From contig DASWIG010000349.1 in NCBI GenBank assembly GCA_036397835.1, positions 962 to 64,961 on the forward strand: a DNA stretch of 64,000 bases. The letters run 5' to 3'. The stretch's first letter is position 1. Each line of letters starts with the position of its first letter. The stretch is from Thermoanaerobaculia bacterium (GTDB taxonomy: Bacteria > Acidobacteriota > Thermoanaerobaculia > Multivoradales > J023). The notes under the pieces were generated by a model that worked only from the letters and a program-made list of their open reading frames with translations, had not been told where the DNA came from and searched no databases. The translations under genes were made by a program, and so were the position numbers. Below, piece by piece: positions 51,594 to 61,272 of this stretch.

Positions 51594-54500
51594 CGCACGT
51601 CCTCCGACAAGACGACGGGCCGCCGCCGTTGCCGGGCCTGCCGTTGGGCGGTCGCACGCTCCTGCATGCCGTCGAGCTCCGCCTGCTCGGCCTCGGCCTC
51701 GGTCTCGGCCTCGGCGAGGTAGCGTGCCAGGGAGCCGATCGTCGGGTAGGTGAAGAGGTCGACCTGCAACAGGTCGTCCCGGCCGAGCTTTTTTGCCAGT
51801 TCCTCGTGGGCCTGGACCAGCGCCAGGGAATGGCCGCCATGATCGAAGAAGTTGTCGTCAACGCCGAGTTTGTCGACCCGCAGCACGTCCTTCCAGACCT
51901 CGGCGATGGTGCGCTCCAGGCGGTTGCGCGGCGCCACGTACTCGCCCGAGACATCCGAGCGCCGGCTCTCCGGCCGGGGCAGGGCGCGCAGGTCGAGCGC
52001 GCCGCCGGCGGTGCGCGGCAGAAGACCCACCGGCAGCACCGCCTCCGGGCACAGGAAAGGCGGCAGCCGCTGGCGCAGGAATCCCGTGAGCTGGGCGGGT
52101 GAGACCGCGTCGGCGCACACCACGTAGGCCACCAGGCGCTTGTGCCCCGGATCGTCCTCGCGCACGGCGACCTCGACGTCGTCAACCTGCGGATGCGAGC
52201 GCAAGACCGCTTCCACCTCGCCCGGGTCGACGCGGTGCCCTTTGACCAACACCTGCCGGTCGCGGCGGCCGAGCGGCTCCAGGATGCCGTCGTGGCGGTA
52301 GCGGGCCAGGTCGCCGGTGCGGTGCAGCCGGCCGCCCGGCCGGCTGCCGAAGGGATCGGGAGCGAAGCTCGCGGCGGTCTCGCGAGCGTCTCCCATCACG
52401 GCGCGGGCCAGCCCCTCGCCGCCGAGGAGGAGCTCGCCGGTGGCGCCCACCGGGACCGGCTTCAGGGCGTCGTCGAGCAGGTAGACCTGGCGGCCGGCAA
52501 GCGGCCGCACCGTGGCGGTACCGTCGCGGCGGCGCGTCTCGACGCGCGAAAAGGCCGTCGCCTCGGTGCGCCCGTAGACGATGCAGACACGCTCGAGGGT
52601 GGAGCTCGCGAAGAGCTTCCCGAGCAGGGCTTCGGACGGCCGGTCATAGGCGAAGCTCACCGTCCGCAGCGCCGGCGGGAGCGCCTCCAGCCGGAGCAGC
52701 TCGGCCATGGCCGAAGGCGTGGCCGTCACCAACCGGACGTCCGCCGCGGCGGCCAGCCGCGAGGGGCGCAGGACGTCGCCGGCCAGCAGCACCCGGCCGC
52801 CGCGGGCGAGCGGCGCGAACAGCTCGAAGATCGAGACGTCGAGGCTGACCGGCGTCGACGCCAGGCAGCCGCCGAGATCCTCGTCGTCGAAGAGCTCCTG
52901 GGCCGCGGCGAGCCAGGTGGCGAGGGCCCGGTGCGGGATCTCGATCCCCCGGCGCCCGCTCGGTCCGGAAGTGTACAGGACCCAGGCCAACTGCTCGCCC
53001 CGCGGCGGCGGCAGCGGCGCCGCCGGCTCGAAGGGCTCGCGGTCGGCGCGCACGACCCGGCAGCCGGACAGCGTCGGCAGTTGCTCGTGGAGCGGCGCCT
53101 CGCTCACCAGCCAGCGGGCGCCGCTGGCGTCGAGGGCTTCGAGCGGCCGCTCGGTGCTCTCGCCCAGGTCGACCGGCACGCAGGCACCGCCCGCCTTGAG
53201 CACCGCCAGCATGGCGACCACGAGGCGCGGAGTCCGCTCGAGGAAGATCCCCACCCGGTCCTCGGCGGCCAGGCCCAGGCGGCGGAGATGGCCGGCCAGA
53301 CGCGACGAGCGTTCGTCGAGGTCGCCGTAGGTCAGGCTCTCGCCCTCCCACCGCACCGCTTCGCGTCCGGGATGGCGGCGCGCCGCCGCGGCGATCACCT
53401 CCGGCACCGTCCGCGCGGCCGGCGCCGCGACCGCGACGCCGCTCCATTCGCCCACCGACTGCCAGCGCTGCGCCGGGGAGAGCGGCTCGAGATCCCCCAA
53501 CCGGGCGTCCGGCTGGCGGGCCATGGCGTCGAGCAGGCGGCCGAGGTGCTCCAGCCGCTGCCGGACGGCGCAGTCGCTGAAGCGCCCGGTGTCGTAGATC
53601 ATCTTGAGCCGCAGCCCGGGCTTCTCGTAGGCGTGGACCAATAGCGGATAGCCGGGCTGGCGGCGGATCTGCACCGTCATGCTCCGGTATCGCGGGCCCA
53701 GCCAGGGCAGCGACGCGCTCAACGGGTAGCGCTCGAATTGCACCAGACTGTCGAAGAGCGGTTGGCCGGAGGCGATGTCGCTCCACTCCTGGACCTTGGA
53801 GAGCGCCGTGTGCTCGTGGGGGCGCAGTGCCGTCCAGAAGCTGCGCAGCTCTTCCAGGTAGACGCTCAAGGGCTTGCTCGGCTCGGCTATGGCCCGCACG
53901 GCGAGGGTGTTGACCATCGGACCGACGATCGTGTCGCCGCCGGGGAGCGACGCGCGGCACGACTTGACGGCCCCGAAGGCGACGTCGTGACGCCCGCTGT
54001 AGCGCGCCAGCAGCAAGCCCCAGGCGGCCTGGGTCACCGTGTTGAGGCTCAGGCCCTCGCGCTGGCACCTGGCGGCGAGGGCGGCGCCGGTCTCCGGTGA
54101 CAGGAGGAGGTCCATTTCCCGGTGGCCGCGGCTCGGGTCCGCGGCCGAGCTCTCGAGGCCGTCCGCGGCAGGAGTCGGGCTTTCGAAGCCGGCGAAGGCG
54201 GCGCGCCAGAAGGCCTCGTCTCGCGACGCGTCCTGAGCCGCGACGTGCTCGACGTAGTCGCGGAACGGCAGCGACTGCCGGGGCTCGAAGGCGCTGCCCG
54301 CGGCGATCGCCGCGTAGCGGCCGAAGAGGTCGGTGGTGGCGATCGGCACGGAGCGCCCGTCGACCACCGCGTGATGGACGGTGATCAGGATCCGAGACCC
54401 GGACGCGCCGCCGTGGAAGAGCGCCGCGCGGATCAGCGGCGGCCTGCCGAGCACGAAGCCGCGGCGCCGGTCCTCGCGCAGATATCCCTCCAGGCGGATC

Positions 54501-54799
54501 TCCTGCTCCTCGGTGGGCAGCTCGCTCCAATCCTGCGCGGTGAACGGCACCTGCACCGCCGGGGCCACCCACTGCCGGGCCTCGGCGCCGTGCCAGTCAA
54601 AGGCCGTGCGCAGCGCCGGGTGACGCTGGACCATCCAGTCCAGGCAGTCCCGCAGCAGAGGAGCGTCGACTGCCTCGGGAAGGGCGAAGACGAGCTGCCA
54701 GACGTCGACGCCGGAGCCCGGGCGGTTCAGGCTCTGAACGAGCATTCCCTCCTGGATCGGGGACAGCGGATAGCTCTCTTGCGTCATTCGCAACCTCAC
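51590..54799 (-). CDS. NRPS initiation module Cs-A-T (about 1065 aa). N-terminal starter-type condensation domain. A domain with non-canonical core motifs, no A10 lysine. PCP and C-terminal docking-like tail.
   Basis: C: HHAVVDGRS. A: A2 LKAGGACVPVD; A3 YTSGPSGRRGIEI (vs YTSGSTGxPKG); A8 GRRDRQVLVKGHRV; A10 region LPRTAGGALDLRAL (vs NGKVDR in all other A domains of the cluster). PCP: FFDHGGHSLAL. Likely true start ATG at 54787 (MTQESYPLSPIQEGM), 12 nt after the TAA of the upstream gene; the ORF-track start is GTG at 54799. Confidence 0.85.
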   Translation of the reverse strand: MRLRMTQESYPLSPIQEGMLVQSLNRPGSGVDVWQLVFALPEAVDAPLLRDCLDWMVQRHPALRTAFDWHGAEARQWVAPAVQVPFTAQDWSELPTEEQEIRLEGYLREDRRRGFVLGRPPLIRAALFHGGASGSRILITVHHAVVDGRSVPIATTDLFGRYAAIAAGSAFEPRQSLPFRDYVEHVAAQDASRDEAFWRAAFAGFESPTPAADGLESSAADPSRGHREMDLLLSPETGAALAARCQREGLSLNTVTQAAWGLLLARYSGRHDVAFGAVKSCRASLPGGDTIVGPMVNTLAVRAIAEPSKPLSVYLEELRSFWTALRPHEHTALSKVQEWSDIASGQPLFDSLVQFERYPLSASLPWLGPRYRSMTVQIRRQPGYPLLVHAYEKPGLRLKMIYDTGRFSDCAVRQRLEHLGRLLDAMARQPDARLGDLEPLSPAQRWQSVGEWSGVAVAAPAARTVPEVIAAAARRHPGREAVRWEGESLTYGDLDERSSRLAGHLRRLGLAAEDRVGIFLERTPRLVVAMLAVLKAGGACVPVDLGESTERPLEALDASGARWLVSEAPLHEQLPTLSGCRVVRADREPFEPAAPLPPPRGEQLAWVLYTSGPSGRRGIEIPHRALATWLAAAQELFDDEDLGGCLASTPVSLDVSIFELFAPLARGGRVLLAGDVLRPSRLAAAADVRLVTATPSAMAELLRLEALPPALRTVSFAYDRPSEALLGKLFASSTLERVCIVYGRTEATAFSRVETRRRDGTATVRPLAGRQVYLLDDALKPVPVGATGELLLGGEGLARAVMGDARETAASFAPDPFGSRPGGRLHRTGDLARYRHDGILEPLGRRDRQVLVKGHRVDPGEVEAVLRSHPQVDDVEVAVREDDPGHKRLVAYVVCADAVSPAQLTGFLRQRLPPFLCPEAVLPVGLLPRTAGGALDLRALPRPESRRSDVSGEYVAPRNRLERTIAEVWKDVLRVDKLGVDDNFFDHGGHSLALVQAHEELAKKLGRDDLLQVDLFTYPTIGSLARYLAEAETEAEAEQAELDGMQERATAQRQARQRRRPVVLSEDVR

Positions 54800-57370
54800 T
54801 TACGCGGGTGGGTCGGGTGGCGGCGCCTCGGCGGCCGTCAGGTCGACGGCGACGATCCTCAGCTCGCTCGTGTAGGTCTGGCCTTCGGCGTCCGGCAACC
54901 AGGTCTGGTCGGGAGCCGGCAGCATCTCGCTGGCGGAGACCCGCGCCGCCTCGCCGTGCGCTTCGCGGGCGCGGCGGATCTCCTTGGCGAAGATGGCGAC
55001 GTAGAGCGGATTGTCGAAGTCGACGAACATGGGCTTGATCTCGCTCGACGTGCGGGTGAACACGAAGCGCGGCATCCCGTGGCCCGCGGCCCAGCGCCGG
55101 ACTTTGACGAAGAGCTCGAAGGCGTCTTTCTCGTCGGCGAAGGTCAGCTCTGCGCCGGCGAAGCGCCAGGTCTCGCGGGCCATGACCAGGCGGTCGACGG
55201 TGACCCGCGGGGTATGGTCCCAGGCCGGCAGGAGGCGGGTTTCGAGGGCGAGCAGGAGCGAGAGGATCAGCGCGAAGCACTCGACGGGCTCGACCTCCAG
55301 GCGGCCATCGTGGGTGCGCACCCTCAGGCGGCCGTCGCGTCGCTCGAGCTGCAGCTCGGAGAGCTTCAGGACCCGCGCTCCCTCGAGGCCCGCGGCGTCG
55401 GCCGAGGTGACGAGCAGGTAGTCCCGAGGGCTCACCAGGCTCATGTTCGTCCGCGTGGTGGCGCGCGGCACGTTCTTCGGAGTCACCGACAGCACGCGGG
55501 GGACGGTGACGTCGCGCGCCACCGCCCGCACGAGCTCCTCGGGGCGGGGGTGCTGCTCGACGAAGACCGAGGAGTTGAGGGTGTTGGTGGCGACGTGGAG
55601 CTCGCCCATCACGATCTGGAAGTCGCCGCCGGCCAGCGCTTCGACGCTGGGCGAGGAGATCATGAGGTCAGGACTGTGGTGGCAGGCACCCGGCCAGCCG
55701 ATGCCTGAAGTGCGGAAGGCGGCGCGGACCCGGGGGCCCAGCTTCTCGCTCGAGAGCTGCACGCGCCGGCTGCCGGGCCGGATGCCGAGGAGCTCGGCCC
55801 AGAGCTGCTGATAGCTCTCGAGCACCCGGTCGAGGGGTCGGCCGCGGGCGCCGAAGATCAGGTGCTGGGCCTGGAACCAGAAATCGACCATCTCGACCGT
55901 CGACGAGGCGGACCTTTCGGCCAGCTCGAGATGGACCTCCTCGAAAGCCCGCCGGTATTCCTCGGCCACCCGGCAGCTCAGCCAGCGGCTGCTGTCGAGG
56001 ACCAGCTCCAGGGGGGGCGCCAGGGTGGCGAGCAGCTTCTTGCCGAGCCGGACGTCGACGTGGCGCCGGCAATCCTCGTAGACGAGGGTGCGGGCGGCGT
56101 AGGTCCGGCCGGCGGCACGCGTCGGCTCCTGGCCGGTCAGGCGGGTGAAACACTCCTCGAGGCTCTCGAAGGACTCGTCGAGGCGTTGTGGATCGCCGGC
56201 CGCTTCGCCGACCCTGCGCCGGGCGGCATCGAGCTCGTCGAGGTCGGCCAGGGCGCCGTCGCGCAGCTCGAGGTCCAGAATCGCCTCGAGCTGGGCCCTC
56301 AGGGTCCGCTCGGGATGGGCCTCGAGGGGAATCTCGAGGCCCCATGAGAGCACGCCTTCGTCCCGCAGGCGGTCGAAGAGGTCGAGCACCTCCTGCGGAT
56401 CCTCGACGTCGCTCGCGGGGTCCGCCGCCAATTGCTCGGCGATCGTCCGGGCGGGACGGCGGCCGTCGCAGGCGGCCAGCGCCGCCGCTTCCGTCGCGCT
56501 CAGCGGCCGCGGCGACTCGAACGGCCGGCGCACGCTCGTGGCGCCGAGCTTAACGAACGGCAGGATCCGCGGCGGAAGCCAACTGCGCAGCGCCGGATCC
56601 GCCGTCATCCGCTCGGCGAGCGCGTCCACGGTCCAGCCTTCGAAACAGACCTTGCGATCGCAGAGCATCTCGGGGTGGACGCGGACCCGGACCACCTCGT
56701 CCTCCTCGCTCCACCAGGCCCAGCCGACAGGACCGAAGAAGCCGATCGTGTCGTTCTTGGCGCCGTAGCGTTGGAGATAACGCGCCACGAGCTCCTCGCG
56801 GCGGCGATAGGCGGAGCTGCCGAAGTCCTCGCGGCCGGAGGCCAGCAAACGCTCGACGCCGGTGTGGAAGCCGCGCCGGTTCTGCCACAGGACGGCTTCC
56901 TGGAAGCGCGCAGTGGCGGCGATCCGGCGCAGGCTTTGGGTGACCGCGGATCCGGCGCGCTCGAAGGCCTCTCGGAGCTCGCGCAGCGCCGAGTCCCGCT
57001 GCTCCAGCGCCCGCTGATAGGCCTCGACGGCCGAACGGGTGGCGGCGTTGAGCGGCGCGAGGTCTTCGTGGCAGGGGCTCGCGGCCTCGAGACGCCGGCG
57101 CACCCGGCGCAGGGCTCGGCGCTCGGCGTCCGAGCTGCGCCGGATGTCGCCGCGCAGGGCGATGGAGGCCTGGTTGCGGAGCCATTCCAACTCCTCCTCG
57201 CAGAGCAACAAGCGCTGCGCCGCCGCGCCGCAGTCGCCGACCTCGGGGCCGGTCACGGCGGCGACGGGAAATCCCGCGGCGCGCAATGCCGTGCATCGCC
57301 AAAAGGCCCACCGCCCCGCTCCGGGCAGAGACACCAAGTGCCCAACGTCCCCCAAGGCCCAGTCCTCCAC
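54800..57370 (-). CDS. LanB-like protein (lanthipeptide dehydratase N-terminal glutamylation-domain family; PEARL-like standalone architecture without SpaB_C elimination domain), 856 aa
   Basis: Motif ARYLQRYGAKNDTIGFFGPVGWAWW resembles the conserved LanB/Lant_dehydr_N signature (RY..R...TPFGLF[AS]G). The about-850-aa size matches split-LanB/PEARL proteins. No C-terminal eliminase domain, and no small precursor ORF nearby. Immediately followed, co-directionally, by the NRPS genes. Confidence 0.55.
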   Translation of the reverse strand: MEDWALGDVGHLVSLPGAGRWAFWRCTALRAAGFPVAAVTGPEVGDCGAAAQRLLLCEEELEWLRNQASIALRGDIRRSSDAERRALRRVRRRLEAASPCHEDLAPLNAATRSAVEAYQRALEQRDSALRELREAFERAGSAVTQSLRRIAATARFQEAVLWQNRRGFHTGVERLLASGREDFGSSAYRRREELVARYLQRYGAKNDTIGFFGPVGWAWWSEEDEVVRVRVHPEMLCDRKVCFEGWTVDALAERMTADPALRSWLPPRILPFVKLGATSVRRPFESPRPLSATEAAALAACDGRRPARTIAEQLAADPASDVEDPQEVLDLFDRLRDEGVLSWGLEIPLEAHPERTLRAQLEAILDLELRDGALADLDELDAARRRVGEAAGDPQRLDESFESLEECFTRLTGQEPTRAAGRTYAARTLVYEDCRRHVDVRLGKKLLATLAPPLELVLDSSRWLSCRVAEEYRRAFEEVHLELAERSASSTVEMVDFWFQAQHLIFGARGRPLDRVLESYQQLWAELLGIRPGSRRVQLSSEKLGPRVRAAFRTSGIGWPGACHHSPDLMISSPSVEALAGGDFQIVMGELHVATNTLNSSVFVEQHPRPEELVRAVARDVTVPRVLSVTPKNVPRATTRTNMSLVSPRDYLLVTSADAAGLEGARVLKLSELQLERRDGRLRVRTHDGRLEVEPVECFALILSLLLALETRLLPAWDHTPRVTVDRLVMARETWRFAGAELTFADEKDAFELFVKVRRWAAGHGMPRFVFTRTSSEIKPMFVDFDNPLYVAIFAKEIRRAREAHGEAARVSASEMLPAPDQTWLPDAEGQTYTSELRIVAVDLTAAEAPPPDPPA

Positions 57371-57668
57371 CGACTCCGGTAGTCTCCAGGATCATGAACT
57401 CCGCAGCGTGCGGGTTACCCTCTTCCGCAGCGCGTCCAGGGCGGAGTCCAACACGTGCGACCGTCCCGACGGCCACCATGAAGCGGCCCACACTCTACTC
57501 CCAAGCTCGAGGAGAAGCAAGAGGTCAGTAGGCGTCTTTGCCCCGCGCGGGGTTGCTTCCGGGGCCCCGACTCGTTATCATCCGGGCTCGGCGGCGAACG
57601 CCTGAGCCTCGCCGGCTCCGCGCCTCGCGGAGTCTGATACTTACCCGCGAGCCCACTGAGGGAACGAG
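57371..57668. promoter_or_regulatory. Divergent intergenic region, presumably carrying promoters for the LanB-like/NRPS-PKS operon (minus) and the acyl-CoA carboxyltransferase gene (plus)
   Basis: 298-bp gap between divergent start codons. No motif-level promoter call is possible by eye in GC-rich DNA. Confidence 0.3.
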
Positions 57669-59231
57669 ATGGCAAAGGTGTCCCGTGAGGTTCTCTTCGA
57701 AGATCTGGATCGGCGGCTTGCCGCGTCAGCAGCTGGCGGCGGGCCGGAGAGGGTCGCCAAGCAAAATGCGCTGGGCAAGCTGACGGCTCGCCAGCGAGTC
57801 GAGGCGCTGCTCGATCCCGGCTCGTTCTTCGAGCTCGACGCGCTGGTGACCCATCAGTGCAAGGACTTCGGCATGGACCGGAAAGTGGTTCCGGGAGACG
57901 GAGTGATCACCGGGCACGGGACGATCGACGGCCGGCGGGTCCACCTCTTCTCGCAGGATTGCACGGTCTTCGGCGGCTCCTTGTCCAGTGCCGGAGCCCG
58001 GAAGATCTGCAAGGTCATCGACCTTGCAGCCGACACCGGGACTCCGCTCATCGGCCTCAACGACGGCGGCGGCGCCCGCATTCAAGAGGGTGTCGCCTCG
58101 CTCGACGGCTATGCGGCGCTGGCCCGGCGGATCGCCCATGCCTCCGGCTGGATTCCGCAGATCTCCGCCATTCTGGGCGCCTGCGCGGGCGGCGCCTCCT
58201 ACACCCCGGCCGGGACGGACTTCCTCTTCATGGTCGAGAAGACGAGCTTCATGTTCGTCACCGGACCCGAGGTGATCCGGCAGGCGACGAGAGAGGAGGT
58301 GACGCAGGAGGCCCTGGGCGGGGCCATGACGCATTTCTCCAAGACCGGCGTCGCTCACGTCAAGACGCCGGACGACGGCACCTGCCTGCAGGAGATCCGA
58401 CGCCTGCTGTCGTATCTGCCCGACAACAGCGGCCAGAAACCGCCCCGACTCGCGGCACCGGCCGAGAACGGGCATGCGGGCGAGGAGCTTGACGAGATCA
58501 TCCCCGAAGATCCGAGCAGCACCTACGACGTCAAGGCGCTGATCAACGGGATCGTCGACGAGGACAGCTTTTTCGAGCTGCAGGCCGCCTGGGCGAAGAA
58601 CATCGTCATCGGCTTGTCGCGGATCGGCGGCTTTGCCGTCGGCATCGTCGCCAACCAGCCCAAGCACCTCGCCGGCGCGCTCGACATCAACGCTTCGCTC
58701 AAAGCGGCGCGGTTCATCCGCTTTTGCGACGCCTTCGAGATCCCGGTGTTCACGATCCTCGACACTCCCGGCTACCTCCCCGGAACCCACCAGGAATACA
58801 ACGGGATCATCCGTCACGGCGCCAAGCTGGGTTTCGCCTACGCCGAAGCGACGACTCCGACCATCACCCTCGTCACTCGCAAGGCCTATGGTGGGTCCTA
58901 TGGCGCGATGGGAAGCAAGCAGATCGGGTGCGACGTCAATCTCGCCTATCCCAGCGCCGAGATCGCGGTCATGGCGCCGGAGAGCTCAGCACGAATCCTT
59001 TACCGCAACGAGCTGACGGCGGCGGGCGAAAACGCCGCGGAGCTCTACAAGCAGCGGGTCGAGGAGCTGCGCTCGATACTCTCGAATCCCTACGTCGCCG
59101 CGGCGCGCGGCGAGATCGACGCGGTGATCAAGCCGCGAGAAACCCGTGGCCACGTCCTGCGAAGCCTCGAGCAACTACGCACCAAGAACGTCGTGAGACG
59201 CTGGAAAAAACACTCGAACATCCCGCTGTGA
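57669..59231 (+). CDS. acyl-CoA carboxylase carboxyltransferase beta subunit (propionyl-/acetyl-CoA carboxylase beta chain family)
   Basis: 520 aa. Carboxyltransferase N/C domains (GGSLSSAGARKICKVIDLA..., GYLPGTHQEYNGIIRHGAKL, AYGGSYGAMG). Confidence 0.85.
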   Translation: MAKVSREVLFEDLDRRLAASAAGGGPERVAKQNALGKLTARQRVEALLDPGSFFELDALVTHQCKDFGMDRKVVPGDGVITGHGTIDGRRVHLFSQDCTVFGGSLSSAGARKICKVIDLAADTGTPLIGLNDGGGARIQEGVASLDGYAALARRIAHASGWIPQISAILGACAGGASYTPAGTDFLFMVEKTSFMFVTGPEVIRQATREEVTQEALGGAMTHFSKTGVAHVKTPDDGTCLQEIRRLLSYLPDNSGQKPPRLAAPAENGHAGEELDEIIPEDPSSTYDVKALINGIVDEDSFFELQAAWAKNIVIGLSRIGGFAVGIVANQPKHLAGALDINASLKAARFIRFCDAFEIPVFTILDTPGYLPGTHQEYNGIIRHGAKLGFAYAEATTPTITLVTRKAYGGSYGAMGSKQIGCDVNLAYPSAEIAVMAPESSARILYRNELTAAGENAAELYKQRVEELRSILSNPYVAAARGEIDAVIKPRETRGHVLRSLEQLRTKNVVRRWKKHSNIPL

Positions 59232-59278
59232 CGGAATCCCGGCGCGCCCGGCCCAGCGGGTTGGAAGGTCGTAGGACC

Positions 59279-61159
59279 TCACATCTCCTCGAGCGCCTCG
59301 ATGGCCAGCAGCCGCAGGCCGTTGCCGACGACGACGCGGAAGGCCGCCAGCAACGCCAGGCGGCTCGAGCGCACCGGCTCGCCCGATTGCAGCACCGGGT
59401 GGTCGTGGTAGAAGGTATTGACGAGCTGCGCCAGCTCGATCAGGTAGCTCGACAGACGCATCGGGTCGTAGCTCTCGGCCGCGTCAGCCACGACCACGGG
59501 GAAGAGCATCACCTGGACGAGGATGCGCCACTCGACGTCCTCGCCGAGGACGAGGGTCTCGGGCGGCTGCCAGTCGCCCGCCTTGCGCAGGATGCTCGAG
59601 ACGCGGGCATAGGCGTACTGCAAGTAGGGGCCGGTCTTGCCCTCGAAGGCGAGCGACGAGGCGGGGTCGAAGTGGATCTCCGTGTCCTTGCCCACGGCGA
59701 GGAAGTGGAACGTCATGGCGGCGAGACCGATCGCCATGGCGCGGCGGTCGAGCTCCTCTCCCTCGAGGTCCGGGAAGCGCTCGCGGATGGCCTCGCGGGC
59801 GAGCTGCCTCATGCCGTCCATCAGGTCGTCGGCGTCCACCACCCGGCCCTCGCGCGACTTCATCTTGCCCTCGGGCAGGTACACCATGCCGTAGCTCAGG
59901 TGATAGAGGCCGTCGGCCCATGGGAACCCCAGGAGCTTCAGGATGGCGAAGAGCTGCTGCATGTAATAGTCCTGCTCGGAGCCGATGCAATACAGGGACC
60001 TGGTGAGCCCGAACTCCTTGAATTTGATCGCGGCGAGATGGATGTCCTGAGTGACGTAGAGGCCGGTGCCGTCGCCGCGCAGCACCGCCTTGTCCTGGAG
60101 CTTGCCGTGCTCGGAGAGCGGCGCGATCACCGCGCCGTTCGGCGCCCGCTTGAAGATCCCTTTCTCCACCGCCGCGAAGATGATCTCCTTGCCGCCTTCG
60201 TAGATCTCGCTTTCGTAATAGTGCTTGTCGAAGTCGAGACCGAGGCGGTCGTAGGTTTCTTTGAAGCCGGCGTAGACCCAGCCGTTCATCCTCTCCCACA
60301 GCGCGCGGGCCTCGGCGTCGCCCGCTTCCCACCGCTTCAGCAGGTCGCGCGCCGCGGCGAGCAGACGCGACGACTCGTTGAAGCGTTCGTCGAGATCCTT
60401 CGCTTCTTTGTCGAGCTCCTGCTCGGCGCGCCACGTTTCTTTTTCTTTCTGCAGCTCCTGCTCGAAGCGCACGTAGAGACGGCCGACGAAGCGGTCGCCT
60501 TTGACTCCGGCGCTCTCGGGCGTCGCGCCTTCGCCCCAGCGCTCGTAGGCGAGCATCGACTTGGCAATGTGGATGCCGCGGTCGTTGACGATCGACGTCT
60601 TCAAGACCCGGGCGCCCTGGGAGGCGAGGAGGTTGGCGACGGCGCGGCCGAGCACGCCGTTGCGCAGGTGGCCGAGGTGGAGCGGCTTGTTGGTGTTGGG
60701 CGAGACGTACTCCATCATCACCACCTCGCCGGCCTCGCGGTCGGAATCGCCGTAGGCGTCGCCCGCTTCGCGGGCCTCGGCGACCGCGCGCGGCACGACC
60801 GCGTCGCGGTCGAGCTCGACGTTCAGGTAGGGGCCGGCGGCGACGGCGCGGGCGATCCAGGCGTCGGGCGGGATCGCCGCCGCCATCTCTTTGGCGATCT
60901 CGGCGGGGTTCTTCTTCCACTGGCGCGCCAGCTCGAAGCAGCGGAACGACAGGTCGCTGCCGGTGTGGGACGGCGCCGGGGTGAGGGCCACGTCCTCCAC
61001 GGCCACGGCGCCGCGCGAGGCGCCGGCGATCGCCGCGGCAACGTGGCCGTACACGTCGGCGAGCGTGCGGCCGACGACGAAGTCATGGGTCAGGGCTTTC
61101 ATGGCGGCAGGTTCCTTCCAGGAGCTGCGCAATATACCAGGTACGACGTCTCGTGACAT
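59279..61159 (-). CDS. argS: arginine--tRNA ligase
   Basis: Class I HIGH-like (PNTNKPLHLGHLRN) and C-terminal DALR anticodon-binding region. Start may be the internal ATG at 61102 (MKALTHDFV...). Confidence 0.85.
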   Translation of the reverse strand: MSRDVVPGILRSSWKEPAAMKALTHDFVVGRTLADVYGHVAAAIAGASRGAVAVEDVALTPAPSHTGSDLSFRCFELARQWKKNPAEIAKEMAAAIPPDAWIARAVAAGPYLNVELDRDAVVPRAVAEAREAGDAYGDSDREAGEVVMMEYVSPNTNKPLHLGHLRNGVLGRAVANLLASQGARVLKTSIVNDRGIHIAKSMLAYERWGEGATPESAGVKGDRFVGRLYVRFEQELQKEKETWRAEQELDKEAKDLDERFNESSRLLAAARDLLKRWEAGDAEARALWERMNGWVYAGFKETYDRLGLDFDKHYYESEIYEGGKEIIFAAVEKGIFKRAPNGAVIAPLSEHGKLQDKAVLRGDGTGLYVTQDIHLAAIKFKEFGLTRSLYCIGSEQDYYMQQLFAILKLLGFPWADGLYHLSYGMVYLPEGKMKSREGRVVDADDLMDGMRQLAREAIRERFPDLEGEELDRRAMAIGLAAMTFHFLAVGKDTEIHFDPASSLAFEGKTGPYLQYAYARVSSILRKAGDWQPPETLVLGEDVEWRILVQVMLFPVVVADAAESYDPMRLSSYLIELAQLVNTFYHDHPVLQSGEPVRSSRLALLAAFRVVVGNGLRLLAIEALEEM

Positions 61160-61272
61160 TCCCTGACACTTCGGCCTCCAGCGTCACGTCTCGGTCACGG
61201 CTCCGTGCGAAGGCCCGAAGACCGCCGGGGGCGCGGCTAGGATGCGATTGACCACGACCCCTGAAGGACACC

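Noticed and set aside
57286-57675. Small ORFs (81 aa plus strand, 86 aa minus strand) in the LanB/ACC divergent intergenic region as candidate LanB substrate or scaffold peptides
   Set aside because: Both are Pro/Arg/Ser-rich low-complexity translations of GC-rich DNA with no leader/core-like features or RBS. They are not credible precursor peptides.
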